From assembly GCA_943353165.1 (NCBI GenBank), contig CALRAM010000001.1, forward strand, positions 45,483 to 109,482: a DNA stretch of 64,000 nucleotides. Direction: 5' to 3'. Positions 9,959-21,800 of this stretch are shown here, one piece after another (the stretch's first letter is position 1; every line of letters begins with the position of its first letter). This DNA comes from an uncultured Candidatus Saccharimonas sp. (GTDB taxonomy: Bacteria > Patescibacteriota > Saccharimonadia > Saccharimonadales > OMJO01). Made by a program: the position numbers and the translations under genes. Under the pieces are notes generated by a model, which saw only the letters and a list, made by a program, of their open reading frames with translations, did no database searches and had not been told where the DNA came from.

Positions 9959-12558
9959 TTAGAAAAGTATTTTTTTATTTGGGTTAAATCACGGCGTTTC
10001 CAGGCAGACTGCCATTGTATGGTTTCAATCCCTTGCTTTATGGCTCTGCCCAAACTTGGATTGTCAATTTTATTAAAAAAAGATTTGAAGGTAGTTAAAA
10101 ACTTTTCGTCACTGTATGCTCTGGCGCAATACATCGGTATTCGATAAAACGATGAATCAGTTCCTAGATTTGTTTCCAACCAATCCCAGTTTTTTGTCAT
10201 CCATTCCCATGTTTGTTTTTTTGCGTGTCGGTTCATGAAACTATATGCCATCCAATACATAGCATCCTGCAACCTAACATTGTCGGAAATTATTTGGGAT
10301 AATGCTTTTTCAATGATTTCGGGCTGTTCAAAAGATGTCAAGGCTGCGGTCAAATTTAAACGTTCTTCGCTGGAATTTGTGGTGTTATGCATTTTCAGTA
10401 ATTTTTCAAAATCTATCATACTACCTTTGCGGGCAACGGTAGAGTATATTATTGCTCTGATATCTGGGTTTATACTATTTATCTCTTTCTTTTTATCTGG
10501 GTCAGATTTTTCTATTTTTATCTCCGCAAATAGTTCCAATGATTTCTTTATAACAGCTGGCTCGTCAGAAATAGCAGCCAAAGCAATAATTATAGGACGA
10601 AGCATGCGATCAAAATGTGTATCTTTTGGATTAATTTCCCACCCAAGTCTTTTTAATTCTTTTGCTATAAGCTTGCAAGTAAATGGTTTCATGAGTTCCC
10701 GTAACTCTTCGTTGTCCATTACCTGACGAATTGAACTCAAATTGGTGGCTATAATCTCCCAAACAGTATAGTCAATTTCCCCGTCGTAATTTTCTAGTAG
10801 TGTTAATGCATCGACCGTTTCATAATAGCCAGCTTTGGAAGCTTCAAAGCTGTCTGCAATAAGGCCCATGCGTTCTACAGAGCTAAGTTTTTTGGCTTTT
10901 ATCAAAGCCCCCAACTTTTTTAAATGTTCTGGATTGTAGACGACCCTGTAAAAGCCTGTACTGTTGCAGTTCAATAACGCAGGGGCTGTATTTCCTAGTG
11001 TAATATTCAAAGTTTTGGATTTCAAGACTGTAGGTGCATCTGTTAGGTTGGACAAGAGCGGTATCTCCCATAAGTTATGTTTTGTGCTTTTTGTATGTTT
11101 AGGATTACTAAAAAATCTTTGCTGGTTTAGCTTTATGGTATCTTTACCTACTTTTGCATTAATAATCGGGTATCCGTTTTCGTTTATCCAGACTGAAATA
11201 AATTCTGACACTGGTTTTTTTGATACTTCTTCTAGGGCGTCCCATAAATCTGTTGTTTCAGTGTTACTATATTCATTTTTCGTAAGATAAAGGTTTAATC
11301 CGTTTTGAAAATCTTTTTTGCCCAGATATTCGTGTAGCATATTTATAATGCTGGCGCCTTTGCTGTAACTTATGATGTCAAAAATAGTTCTGATATCGTT
11401 TGGGTCATCGACTGGAACAATTACTGGGTGTGTATGTTCCAAAGCGTCCGACTTCAAAGCAGCCATTTTTTCATTTGTAACGAACTGAGACCATATATTC
11501 CATTCTGGATGCAAAAAATCAACAGCCAAATATTCTATCCAACTAGCAAATCCTTCGTTAAGCCATAGGTCTGTCCACCATTTCATTGTAACCAGATTTC
11601 CGAACCATTGGTGTGCCAATTCATGACCTATAACCATAGCGATGTATTGTTTTCCATGAATTGATGTATTCAACGAATCAAGTAGTAATCCATGTTCGCG
11701 AAATGTAATTAGCCCCCAGTTTTCCATAGCTCCTGCTGCAAAATCTGGTAGAGCCACTAAGTCGCATTTTGGAAGGGGATAGTTTATTCCAAAATAATCA
11801 TTATAAAATTCTAACAAACTGACTGCGGTTTCTAGAGCGTAGGCACAAAGTTTTGTTTTTTCTGGGACTGAATAGGCTCGCACCACGACACCATTTTTAG
11901 TTTTTGATTCTATAAAATCTAGATCTCCGGTTACAAAAGCAAGTAAATAAGTTGACATATTAGGTGTAGTTTCAAAAACAGAAACCATATCACCATTTAT
12001 TTGCTTAAAAGACTTGGCTGGCATATTTGAAATGGCAATTTCTCCAATCAGGGAATGTAACGTAAGATCAAATGTTGCTTTAGCTTCTGGCTCGTCTATG
12101 CACGGGAACATTTCACGGGCGTGATGACTTTCTAGCTGAGTTGCGAGTATCTTTTTATCTTTTCCGTTACTGATAAAAGAGCTTTGATAAATGCCGTGCA
12201 TTGGCCTGGTTATTTTGCCCTTGAATTCTAGATATATAGTATATCTTCCTGGATATAAAGTGTTGTCTGCATGCAAGCGTACTTCGTCGTATAAATTATG
12301 ATTATTTATACGGACTATGTTTATTTCAGTGTCACCTTTTTTGGTATGTGCAGTTATTTTTGCACTTGTGATTATTAGACCCTTTTGGTGAAATACAATT
12401 TTTTTGGAAGGTTTATTTACCAAACTACCAGCAATAGTTACGTTACCCTTAAAACTTAGTTTTTGTTGGTCAGGGTTAATAGTAAGATTGTAGTTTTTAG
12501 GAATAAAATTGTTATATAAACGTTTTACACCTTTTGACATATAGATATATTTTAGCAC
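9955..12558 (-). CDS. pepN: aminopeptidase N (M1 family zinc metallopeptidase)
   Basis: GAMENWG exopeptidase motif and HELAHQWFGNLVT(x18)E zinc-binding motif. 867 aa. Confidence 0.9.
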   Translation of the reverse strand: MLKYIYMSKGVKRLYNNFIPKNYNLTINPDQQKLSFKGNVTIAGSLVNKPSKKIVFHQKGLIITSAKITAHTKKGDTEINIVRINNHNLYDEVRLHADNTLYPGRYTIYLEFKGKITRPMHGIYQSSFISNGKDKKILATQLESHHAREMFPCIDEPEAKATFDLTLHSLIGEIAISNMPAKSFKQINGDMVSVFETTPNMSTYLLAFVTGDLDFIESKTKNGVVVRAYSVPEKTKLCAYALETAVSLLEFYNDYFGINYPLPKCDLVALPDFAAGAMENWGLITFREHGLLLDSLNTSIHGKQYIAMVIGHELAHQWFGNLVTMKWWTDLWLNEGFASWIEYLAVDFLHPEWNIWSQFVTNEKMAALKSDALEHTHPVIVPVDDPNDIRTIFDIISYSKGASIINMLHEYLGKKDFQNGLNLYLTKNEYSNTETTDLWDALEEVSKKPVSEFISVWINENGYPIINAKVGKDTIKLNQQRFFSNPKHTKSTKHNLWEIPLLSNLTDAPTVLKSKTLNITLGNTAPALLNCNSTGFYRVVYNPEHLKKLGALIKAKKLSSVERMGLIADSFEASKAGYYETVDALTLLENYDGEIDYTVWEIIATNLSSIRQVMDNEELRELMKPFTCKLIAKELKRLGWEINPKDTHFDRMLRPIIIALAAISDEPAVIKKSLELFAEIKIEKSDPDKKKEINSINPDIRAIIYSTVARKGSMIDFEKLLKMHNTTNSSEERLNLTAALTSFEQPEIIEKALSQIISDNVRLQDAMYWMAYSFMNRHAKKQTWEWMTKNWDWLETNLGTDSSFYRIPMYCARAYSDEKFLTTFKSFFNKIDNPSLGRAIKQGIETIQWQSAWKRRDLTQIKKYFSN

Positions 12559-12582
12559 GGCGTAGGTAGAGCATACTAAATA

Positions 12583-12611
12583 TTGACAATATTAAATTAT
12601 CCAGGTATTAT
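12583..12611 (+). promoter_or_regulatory. sigma70-like promoter for nusA (TTGACA-17 nt-TATTAT)
   Basis: Consensus -35 TTGACA, a 17-nt spacer, then -10 TATTAT, about 60 nt upstream of the nusA ATG. Confidence 0.45.
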
Positions 12612-12623
12612 GTTGATAGTTCA

Positions 12624-12647
12624 TCCGGCCAAAAGGTCGGATTTTTT
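12624..12647 (+). promoter_or_regulatory. leader hairpin plus U-tract (putative attenuator) in the nusA 5' UTR
   Basis: TCCGGCC-AAAAG-GTCGGA followed by TTTTTT, between the promoter and the nusA start. Confidence 0.35.
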
Positions 12648-12670
12648 ACTAATAACGAAAGGATAAAAAA

Positions 12671-13840
12671 ATGGACCTAGATATTAAACAATTAGCTATA
12701 GCCGTTAAAACTATAGCTGAAGAAAAAAACCTACCTGAAGCGACTGTTCAACAAATTGTTGAACAAGCATTAGCTGCAGCTTATCGCAGAGATTATGGCG
12801 ACAGAGAACAGGACGTGCGCGTTAATATGAACATAAATAACGGCGATGTTGATGTTTATATCAACAAAGAAGTCGTTGAGAAAATTGGAGATGGTAATTT
12901 TGAGATTAGCCTAGTAGATGCCAGCGTAATGAAAAAGAACGCCAAAATTGGCGACATCATAGAAGTTAAAGAGAAAATAGAAAATTTAGGTAGAGTAGCC
13001 GCTCAGACAGCAAAGCAGGTTATGCTGCAACAACTCAGAGAAGCAGAGCGGGATATAATAATGCTGGAATACGAAGACAAGATTGGAACTGTAGTAAATG
13101 CTATTGTGTCTCGTGTTGAAGGTCGTTTGGTTCGACTAGACCTAGGCAAAGCACAAGGCATAATGCCAATGAGTGAACAGATTAGCAACGAAAGGTATTA
13201 CCCAGGACAAAGACTCAGAGTATTTCTAAAAGATGTAGAACGTGGTTTTAGAGGTCCACAATTGGTTGTGTCACGGGGTAATAAAGAATTTATTGAATGG
13301 CTATTCCGTGGCGAAGTGCCAGAAATGGAAAGCGGAGCAGTAGAAATAAAAGACATAGCCCGCGAAGCAGGAGTTCGTAGCAAAATAGCTGTACATAGTA
13401 CTATACCCGGAGTAGATCCTGTTGGTACTTTTGTGGGCGGTAGAGGAATGCGTGTAAATGCAGTCATGAGTGAAGTTGGCGAACAAGAAAAAATAGATAT
13501 AGTAGTGTGGGCAGAGGATACAGAGCAATACATCATAAATGCGCTCAGCCCGACTAAGGTTACAAAGGTTATATTAGACAAGACAAATCTAAAAGCAAAA
13601 GTAGTAGTTCCAGAAGATCAGCTAAGTATTGCCATAGGAAAAAGCGGACAAAATGTCAGACTTGCTAGTAAACTGGCTGGTTACGATATCGATATTGAGT
13701 CTGATAAACCATCAGAAGAAATCGTCGAAAAATTAATCGATTCCAAGCCAGTGCCAGTACAACCATTGAAGAAAAAAGAACAACTAGAAACTAGTCTATT
13801 AGACGCAATCGAAGAACACGGAACAGAAACAAATAAATAA
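12671..13840 (+). CDS. nusA: transcription termination/antitermination factor NusA
   Basis: N-terminal NusA domain, S1 and two KH domains (IAIGKSGQNVRLASKLAGY). Confidence 0.95.
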   Translation: MDLDIKQLAIAVKTIAEEKNLPEATVQQIVEQALAAAYRRDYGDREQDVRVNMNINNGDVDVYINKEVVEKIGDGNFEISLVDASVMKKNAKIGDIIEVKEKIENLGRVAAQTAKQVMLQQLREAERDIIMLEYEDKIGTVVNAIVSRVEGRLVRLDLGKAQGIMPMSEQISNERYYPGQRLRVFLKDVERGFRGPQLVVSRGNKEFIEWLFRGEVPEMESGAVEIKDIAREAGVRSKIAVHSTIPGVDPVGTFVGGRGMRVNAVMSEVGEQEKIDIVVWAEDTEQYIINALSPTKVTKVILDKTNLKAKVVVPEDQLSIAIGKSGQNVRLASKLAGYDIDIESDKPSEEIVEKLIDSKPVPVQPLKKKEQLETSLLDAIEEHGTETNK

Positions 13841-13881
13841 AAAAGCTAGCAGCAGCTGGCGAACCAGAAAAAATAATCAAA

Positions 13882-13923
13882 CTAGCACTCTTGACCAACG
13901 AGTGCTAGTCTTGTTATTATTTA
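13882..13923 (+). terminator. intrinsic terminator after nusA
   Basis: CTAGCACTC-loop-GAGTGCTAG stem followed by a T-rich tract. Confidence 0.45.
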
Positions 13924-13966
13924 ACTACAATTGAATAACTATATAGGGGATAAAAAATAATAATTT

Positions 13967-16462
13967 ATGTTGCCGAATAACGAAGAATATCAAGAGTTCA
14001 TAAATCATCTTACTGACAATGCACTGTCTAGTTTAAAGCATGCAGGAGCTATCGCTCAAAGTTTCGGCAGTGCTTATGTTGGAACGGAGCATCTATTGCT
14101 AGGTGTTCTGGCTCAGGATTCCAGTATAGGTGCCAAAATTCTAGAGTCCGCAGGAGTAACGCTGGATCGAGCCAGGTTAGCTTTAAACATGACATCTAAA
14201 ACTTTGGTAATAAATCTAGGCACAAAAGGCCTGAGCGAAACTGCAAAGCTTACTCTGCGCATGGCATATGACGTAGCTCAGGATTTTACCCAGGAATACT
14301 GTGGTACAGAGCATATTTTGTACAGTATATTAAATCAAAAAAATGCCAGAGCTACTACTTTGCTGAGAGACATGAATGTTGACATAGACTCGTTGCTATC
14401 GGAACTAGAATCTTTTTTGAACAGACAGCAATACGACGATAATGCAACTTCAGACGAAGTAAAGAAAAGAAATAGAAATAAAATCAGGTCAACCGCACTA
14501 GATTACTTTGGCACAGATTTAACGATGATGGCTAAACAAGGCGAACTAGACCCCGTAGTCGGTCGTGAAGTTCAGATACGAAGACTCATAACTATATTGA
14601 ACCGCAGAACAAAAAATAATCCTGTGTTATTAGGGGAACCTGGCGTAGGAAAAACTGCGATTGTGGAAGGCTTAGCACAAAGAATTGTAGCTGAAGATGT
14701 TCCGGACAGTCTCATCGATAAAAAAATAATAATGTTAGATTTAGCCGGAATGATAGCAGGAACCAAGTACCGTGGTGAATTTGAAGAACGAATGAAGAAA
14801 GTTATGTCTGAGGTAGAGAATAATAACCAAATTATCTTGTTTATCGACGAGCTACATTTGATAGTTGGCGCTGGCGCTGCAGAAGGTGCTATGGATGCGG
14901 GCAGTATTCTGAAACCTGCATTAGCTAGATCCAGAATTCAATTGATAGGCGCCACTACCACAACCGATTATACTAAACACGTTGAAAAAGATTCAGCATT
15001 GGAACGACGTTTTCAACCCATTCAAGTTCCTGAAGCATCAACAGCTGAAACCGTTTCTATACTAAAAGGGCTAAGAAAACATTATGAAAACTTTCATAAT
15101 GTGGTCATAAGTGACGAGGTTATATTAGACACGGTTACTATGGCAGCCAGATATATAAATGACAGATTTATGCCAGACAAGGCCATAGATTTAATGGATG
15201 AGACCGCAGCGCACCTACGAGTAGATAAAGGCAAAACACTTCCAGAAGTTCGCAAGCTCCAAAAAGACCTAAAGCTAATAAATATGAAAATAGAAGCTGC
15301 AGTAGATAACGAAGACTACGAAAAAGCAGCTCTAAAAAAACAAAAAGCTAGCCAGATATCAGAAAAATTGAAACAGTTGAAATCAGATGGAAAAACAGCA
15401 AACAGCATAACAGTTCGTAGCGAGGATGTCGCAGAGGTAGTGGCTAGAATGACAGGTGTCCCAGTTACTAAAGTTATTAGAGCAGAAGCAAAGTACTTGT
15501 TACACCTAGAAAAAACACTGGGCAAATATATTATTGGTCAGCACGAAGCAGTCAGCGCAGTATCAAAAGCTATTAGACGCAATAGAGTTGGCATAAGTAA
15601 TGGAAAGAGACCGATAGGCTCATTTATATTTTTGGGTCCAACTGGAGTAGGGAAGACTGAGTTAGCCAGAGTTTTGGCCAGAGAATTTTTTGGTAACGAA
15701 GATTCACTTGTCAAAATAGATATGAGCGAGTTTGGGGAGCATCATAATATTTCCCGTTTAATTGGTGCACCTGCAGGTTATGTCGGCTATGATGATGGCG
15801 GTCAACTAACAGACAAAATACGGCGACAACCATATAGTCTGGTTCTCTTTGATGAAATTGAAAAGGCCCACCCAGAAGTTTTTAACATACTACTACAAAT
15901 ACTTGAAGACGGGTATCTGACTGATTCAAAAGCTCGAAAAATAGATTTTACAAATACAGTAGTAATTATGACCAGCAATCTTGGAGCCGATAAACTTCAA
16001 AAAGAGGCTTCTCTGGGCTTTAGAGTATCGCTTCCAAGCGAACAAAAGGATTTGAACAATTTGCATCAAAGAAATACTGATAAGGTCCTAGAAGAGTTAA
16101 AGGAAAGTATGCGGCCAGAACTACTAAATCGTATTGATAAAACCATAGTTTTTAGAGCTCTTACCAAAAAAGAAGTATTAAAAATATTGGACTTACAGAT
16201 AGGAGATTTGCGCGGTCGTCTATTAAAACGCGGCATAGGTCTACATTTGAATAGTAACGCCAAAACACATTTACTAAATGAAGGTTACGATGCCCAGAAT
16301 GGCGTTAGGCCAATGAGAAGATTGTTGCAAGAAACAATAGAAGATCAAATAGCCTTCGGATTGCTAGAAGAAACCTACACGACAGGAGATATAATCAGTG
16401 TAAGCGTAAGTGGCAAGACTTTATTATATGAGCGCAAAAATGAATCCAAAGTGCTAAAATAG
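13967..16462 (+). CDS. clpC: ATP-dependent Clp protease ATP-binding subunit (ClpC-type class I AAA+ chaperone)
   Basis: Double Clp_N repeats; AAA-1 [15 protein letters not shown]; AAA-2 [15 protein letters not shown]; a coiled middle region. Confidence 0.9.
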   Translation: MLPNNEEYQEFINHLTDNALSSLKHAGAIAQSFGSAYVGTEHLLLGVLAQDSSIGAKILESAGVTLDRARLALNMTSKTLVINLGTKGLSETAKLTLRMAYDVAQDFTQEYCGTEHILYSILNQKNARATTLLRDMNVDIDSLLSELESFLNRQQYDDNATSDEVKKRNRNKIRSTALDYFGTDLTMMAKQGELDPVVGREVQIRRLITILNRRTKNNPVLLGEPGVGKTAIVEGLAQRIVAEDVPDSLIDKKIIMLDLAGMIAGTKYRGEFEERMKKVMSEVENNNQIILFIDELHLIVGAGAAEGAMDAGSILKPALARSRIQLIGATTTTDYTKHVEKDSALERRFQPIQVPEASTAETVSILKGLRKHYENFHNVVISDEVILDTVTMAARYINDRFMPDKAIDLMDETAAHLRVDKGKTLPEVRKLQKDLKLINMKIEAAVDNEDYEKAALKKQKASQISEKLKQLKSDGKTANSITVRSEDVAEVVARMTGVPVTKVIRAEAKYLLHLEKTLGKYIIGQHEAVSAVSKAIRRNRVGISNGKRPIGSFIFLGPTGVGKTELARVLAREFFGNEDSLVKIDMSEFGEHHNISRLIGAPAGYVGYDDGGQLTDKIRRQPYSLVLFDEIEKAHPEVFNILLQILEDGYLTDSKARKIDFTNTVVIMTSNLGADKLQKEASLGFRVSLPSEQKDLNNLHQRNTDKVLEELKESMRPELLNRIDKTIVFRALTKKEVLKILDLQIGDLRGRLLKRGIGLHLNSNAKTHLLNEGYDAQNGVRPMRRLLQETIEDQIAFGLLEETYTTGDIISVSVSGKTLLYERKNESKVLK

Positions 16463-16466
16463 CAGC

Positions 16467-17435
16467 ATGTACACCTATAAAAGAAAGCTAAGTTTTGGGT
16501 TAGCTATGACATTTGTAGCGGTGCTCCCGCTCTTGTTGCTTGTAAAAAAACAGCAAATTATTGACTGGACTCAACTAAGGAATTATAAACCTGATTCAAT
16601 AATCTCTAAGCTAGCAGTAGATACTACTATGAGTAACCTTGGAAGACATTTGTTTTATGTAAATCATCCTACACTTCATGAAAAATCAACATTTGCTGGA
16701 CATTGCAAAATTAGTGAGCTAACAAACATTTTGGGATGTTACGTAAGTGGAGACGGTATCTACCTTTACGATGTCAAGGATCCTCGTTTGTCTGGCATAA
16801 AAGAAGCCACTTCAGCTCACGAAATGTTGCACGTAGCATACGAAAGATTAAGTGCTACAGAAAAAGTTAAAGTCAACAAAATGTTACTAGACGTTTATTC
16901 TAAAGTTACAGATACACGCATAAAAAATACTATTGCAAGCTACAAAAAAGCAGGTGCAGATACTACAAATGAACTGCATTCTATTTTAGGTACTGAAATA
17001 TTGGCTTTGACTCCTGACCTAGAGAACTATTACAAGAAATATTTTACAAATCGCACAGCAGTAGTCAAATATTTTAATCAGTATCAAAATGCCTTTGAAG
17101 AAAGAAAAAACAAAGTCGAGCAATATGATATTTCTCTTGCCAGCATAAAATCCAGAATAGAAAATCTAGAATATGACCTTAAAAATGAAGCTTCTAGCCT
17201 AGAAAACGAACGTTCCAGGATGAATAATTTGATAGCGAACAATCAAGTTTCGGAGTACAACCAAGCAGTACCCATATTTAATCGTAGAATAGAAGCCTAT
17301 AATAATAAAACCAAAGTCGTAAAACAACTAGTAGATGACTATAACGGTATAGTTATTGAACGCAACAACATTGCGACAGAAGAAAATGAACTTATCAAAG
17401 CCATAGATAGCAGTCCTGTAAATATTAAAGTTTAG
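16467..17435 (+). CDS. hypothetical membrane-anchored protein with HExxH motif and C-terminal coiled coil
   Basis: N-terminal TM (FGLAMTFVAVLPLLLLV), HEMLH at about aa 118-122, and a heptad-like C-terminal half. Lies between clpC and radA. Confidence 0.5.
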   Translation: MYTYKRKLSFGLAMTFVAVLPLLLLVKKQQIIDWTQLRNYKPDSIISKLAVDTTMSNLGRHLFYVNHPTLHEKSTFAGHCKISELTNILGCYVSGDGIYLYDVKDPRLSGIKEATSAHEMLHVAYERLSATEKVKVNKMLLDVYSKVTDTRIKNTIASYKKAGADTTNELHSILGTEILALTPDLENYYKKYFTNRTAVVKYFNQYQNAFEERKNKVEQYDISLASIKSRIENLEYDLKNEASSLENERSRMNNLIANNQVSEYNQAVPIFNRRIEAYNNKTKVVKQLVDDYNGIVIERNNIATEENELIKAIDSSPVNIKV

Positions 17436-17472
17436 CATATTCGCAACACATTCGTTGATGTAATGTAGTATA

Positions 17473-18828
17473 TTGTTAAATATGGCCAAGAAATCTAGTG
17501 TAGTTTATTTATGTAGTAATTGTGGATCTCAGAGCCCAACATTTAGCGGTAAGTGCTACCATTGCAACGAATGGAACACTATTTCGGAGCATTTAAATAG
17601 TGTGTCTGTGCAATCTAATAAAAAAGGTAGGGTGTTACAGTCACAATCCGTTAAGGCATCGCTAGCAAAAGATCAACCACGTTACATTTCCGGTATTTCT
17701 GAAGTAGATATGGTTCTAGGCGGTGGATTGGTAGCCGGTAGTGTTATTTTGATTGCTGGTCAGCCCGGTATAGGAAAAAGTACTCTTTTGCTACAAACAG
17801 CCTACGATTTATCAAAAAAGTATCCAGTTTTGTATATAAGTGGAGAAGAGTCTGCCCATCAAATTGGCCTGCGTGCAGAAAGGTTGGGTACTTTTAGCAA
17901 AAGTTTGCAGTTAGCTACTAGCACAATAGCAGACGATATAGCAGCTACAATCGCATCAGCTGATTTTAAAATAGTAATAGTTGATTCAATACAAACAATA
18001 GCTTGCAATGATATTTCCAGTGCCGCTGGGAATGTTAGTCAGATAACTAATAGCACCCAATTGTTGTCTGCTGCAGCTAAACAGTCAGGTACAGCCCTTT
18101 TATTGGTTGGTCATGTAACTAAAGAAGGTTCTATTGCTGGCCCAAAGGTTCTAGAGCATGTAGTGGATGTTGTATTGCAATTGGAAGGCGATAGGTACGG
18201 TGGTTTCAAGGTGCTCAGAGCTATAAAAAATAGATATGGTTCAACCAACGAAGCCGGTATTTTTGAAATGACAGACAAAGGTATGCAACCTGTCGATAAT
18301 CCCTCTAAGGCACTATTGTCTGAACGTCAGGTTAGCGATGGTTCTATAGTACTAGCCACATTGGAAGGCACGAGACCATTATTGGTAGAAGTTCAGGCAT
18401 TGGTAAACAAAACCAGCTACGGATACCCAAAAAGAGCTTCTAGTGGTGTCGATTTAAACAGGGTAAACTTATTGGTAGCTATGCTAGAAAGACGAACTAA
18501 ACTGAATCTGTCCGACAAAGACATATACATAAATATTGTCGGTGGCATCAAACTGACTGAACCAGCAGCTGATTTGGCTATCTGTATGGCTATAGCATCT
18601 GCAGCAAAAGGTATGCAACTAAATAGCAACTGCGTTGTTTTTGGAGAAATTGGATTATCAGGAGAAATCCGACATGTATCTCATGTTGACAAGCGTATTG
18701 CCGAGGCTAAAAAATTAGGTTTTGACGGTGCGATAGGCCCCGTTATTAAAGGTGGCAAAACAACAACAAATTATCATTCAGTCAAAGACATTCGTACCGC
18801 TTTAAACTTATTTCTAGAAAAGGACTAG
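17473..18828 (+). CDS. radA: DNA repair protein RadA/Sms
   Basis: N-terminal C4 zinc finger (CSNCGSQ...CYHCNEW), Walker A GQPGIGKST, KNRYG motif and a Lon-like C-terminal domain. Confidence 0.9.
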   Translation: MLNMAKKSSVVYLCSNCGSQSPTFSGKCYHCNEWNTISEHLNSVSVQSNKKGRVLQSQSVKASLAKDQPRYISGISEVDMVLGGGLVAGSVILIAGQPGIGKSTLLLQTAYDLSKKYPVLYISGEESAHQIGLRAERLGTFSKSLQLATSTIADDIAATIASADFKIVIVDSIQTIACNDISSAAGNVSQITNSTQLLSAAAKQSGTALLLVGHVTKEGSIAGPKVLEHVVDVVLQLEGDRYGGFKVLRAIKNRYGSTNEAGIFEMTDKGMQPVDNPSKALLSERQVSDGSIVLATLEGTRPLLVEVQALVNKTSYGYPKRASSGVDLNRVNLLVAMLERRTKLNLSDKDIYINIVGGIKLTEPAADLAICMAIASAAKGMQLNSNCVVFGEIGLSGEIRHVSHVDKRIAEAKKLGFDGAIGPVIKGGKTTTNYHSVKDIRTALNLFLEKD

Positions 18829-18832
18829 TTTG

Positions 18833-21800
18833 TTAGAAGCTGACTATAGGTGACTGGACGCCATTGTCAGCTTTGATATAGGCTTTTTTATTTGATCCAC
18901 TTAAGGCAGATATTGCCCCAGTAGTACCGGTTGAGCAGGTTAGAGGAGTGCTATTCGAAGACTTACATATTTGGTAGGGACTGCCAGAAGTAATGTAATT
19001 CCAGGTAAATTTATAGTTGTTTGGCCCAGGACTAACTGGCGTAACGTCCAGAGTGATAGTATCGTTCGTGAAATTTATGGTAACTGCACTGCTGGAGCTG
19101 TCATACAGAACACTGTCTATTATTTGTGCAGTAACAGACTTGTTACCCGTGCCATTATAGGTAAATGCAATCGGAATGCTTCCAGAGATGTCTGTGTTTG
19201 ACGACTGAACAATTTGTCCATCTATCAAGATGTTGATGGTACCCTTTATGGTTGCGCTAGACAAAGGGTGCGTACCTTGGGTGACTGAAACAGTAATGTT
19301 GCATGTGCTAGAGCAAGTCGGATCATTAGCAGCTATGTTAATTGCTGGTTTTATATCATCACAATGATGTACATCGTCACTAGAACTAGAATCAGTAATG
19401 GCATTGCTGCCTGTGACAAATTGGTCTATAGAAAATATCAGAGCAGATCCGCCGGTTACGGTTTTCTTCGCAAGTTCTGGAGTACAGCTACTCGCTAGTT
19501 TGTTTGAAATTGAATCGATTGACTGATTTGTGCTTATTGCAGTTTTTGGTACATACCATGAAGGGTACAGGTCATTTTCTGGACTAGGTTCAACGCTACC
19601 ATGGTTGATATGGTTCCTGACAACAAAAGCTGGTAGAGTTTTGACACCCACCGGTTTTGTCCAGTTAACCGGTTTTAGGTTTGCATGAGCGTATTCCATC
19701 CAGCCTTTTGCCAGGGGAGTTGTCAAAATTTCCATAGAAGTTCCCAATGTTACAGTTCTGGTATGATTTCCTACCCAGGTAACTACAGCGTATTTAGTAG
19801 ACCAGCTAGCCATCAGCCCATCGTAGCCATCATTTGTTGTCCCAGTTTTTACTGCAAAATTCCATCCGTTTTTTTGGCGGTGAAATTTATAGAAAGAGCC
19901 GGGCAGGTAACTGGCGTTAGGATCACTAGCCATATCGTTAACAATATAGGCTGTATCAGGTCGTAATGGTTGTGTAGCTTTTGGTTTTTTCCATTGAAAA
20001 ATAGTCTTATTACCAGCATCTGTTATTTTTAGAATATAAGTTCTAGGAATCGCTGACCCAAGCCTTGCTAAGGTAGAAAAACCATTGACGTGGTCATCTA
20101 AATGTAAAAATGCACCGTCCCCTATCGCAGAAGCGCCGTAGCATTGCGATTCATCCTCGGCTGTAGAATTATTTATATCAGTACCAGGCTTGTAGCATTT
20201 GTAAGTGTGGGGATTGTTGGGATTGTACATCATCGCGTCTATCGTACTAATTGTTTTATTAATAGAGTCGATTTTGCCGTTGCTTTTGTCATTTGGAAGC
20301 GCTAATAGCATAGCTTTGACTGCAGGGATATTTCTAGAGCCTCCCAAGGCGTATCTAAGCGTGATTGGTCCTGGCTGCAATTTGTCGTAATCAGTCAGAC
20401 ATTTACCGGGGCAAGGATATCCAGGCAGGTTAGTCGCAGAATCGTATAATACCGATCCTGCACCAACGTTTGTGCCATTTTCTATCAATGTAGCGTAGTC
20501 GTATGGTTTTATGCTAGACCCTGGAGGAATAAAAGCACTATGTGCGTAGTTAATATTGCCATAGACTGGATTGTTAAAATCGCTTCCTCCGACTAAGGAT
20601 ACTATTTGACCAGTTTCGACATCTTCTGCTACTAATGCCTGTGAATCTCCTTTATACCTGCTACTGTTTTTCAGGTTTGAAGAAACCAGCTCTTCGGCTT
20701 TTGTTTGAAGAGCCATATCCAGTGTTGTGGTTACTTTCCAGCCACCCTGTCTGACCATTTTAGCTCCAAACTGTATCTCTAGTTCACTTTTGGCTGCAAG
20801 TACAAAGTAGGGCGCCTTAATGCCTGCGTAGTGCGTAGGACGTAACTGAATTTTAGCTACAGTATCAACTTTTTTGGCTTCCTCTGCTTGTTTTTTGGTT
20901 ATCATGTTTTCACCAACCATTTGGTCTAAAATATAGGATTGCCTTCCAACTAGTGAGTCTTTGCGAAAATTATCGCTATATTTAGAGTAAACACCAGGAG
21001 ATTTTGGTATAGCAGCAAGCATTGCAGCCTCGTCTAGTGTCAGGTCTTTCGCTGACTTATTAAAGTAGTTGTTTGCGGCTGCTTGCACACCGTATTCTAT
21101 TCCTCCGTATGGAGCTGCGTTTAAGTAACCTGTCAAAATTTCGTCTTTGTTATAAGATCTTTCGTATTCCACTGACAACACTAGTTCTTTTAGTTTTCTG
21201 GTAATAGTCTGCTCGTTTCCAACGCCTTCAGCCGTTAACCTTACTAATTGTTGTGTTATCGTTGAGCCCCCTTGTTTAGTGCCTCCAATATGCAATACGT
21301 CATTGATACCGGCTCGTAAAATCCCACGAACATCAAATCCGCCGTGGTTAAAAAAGTCTTTATCTTCCACTGCTACAGTAGCCTGCTTCATGTAGTTTGA
21401 TATTTCGCTACCTTTTACAGGGATGCGTTTTACTCCATCAACGTCTTCCCAGAGCAGAGTTTGTCCGGTTTTGTCGTAATATAGTACGCTTCCTCCAATA
21501 TTCGTTCCTGAAATGTCTGTGATATTAGAAAGATCTTTTCGAAAATAAGCGAACAATCCTATAAGTAGAACAAATCCAAAAATTATTCCATACCCAGTGA
21601 TTTTGAGGGTCATTACACCCCCTTCTTTACTGAACCAGTAGTGGTACATTCTCTTTGGGTTCATATGATAAAACAATCGTTTTATTCTGGACTTGGGAAG
21701 TCCAGATAATCTCTTTGCTTTTTGAACGGAAATGACTTCTTTGGTTGCCTTATATTTACTAAACATTGTCTGTTTAAACTTTATAGTTTGGCCTTTTTTT

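Noticed and set aside
10235-10726. 163-aa + strand ORF inside pepN
   Set aside because: Antisense to the M1 aminopeptidase gene. Ser/Ile/Phe-rich composition typical of shadow ORFs in AT-rich DNA. Other antisense ORFs inside dnaE, rpoB, rpoC, fusA and the PBP gene were rejected the same way.
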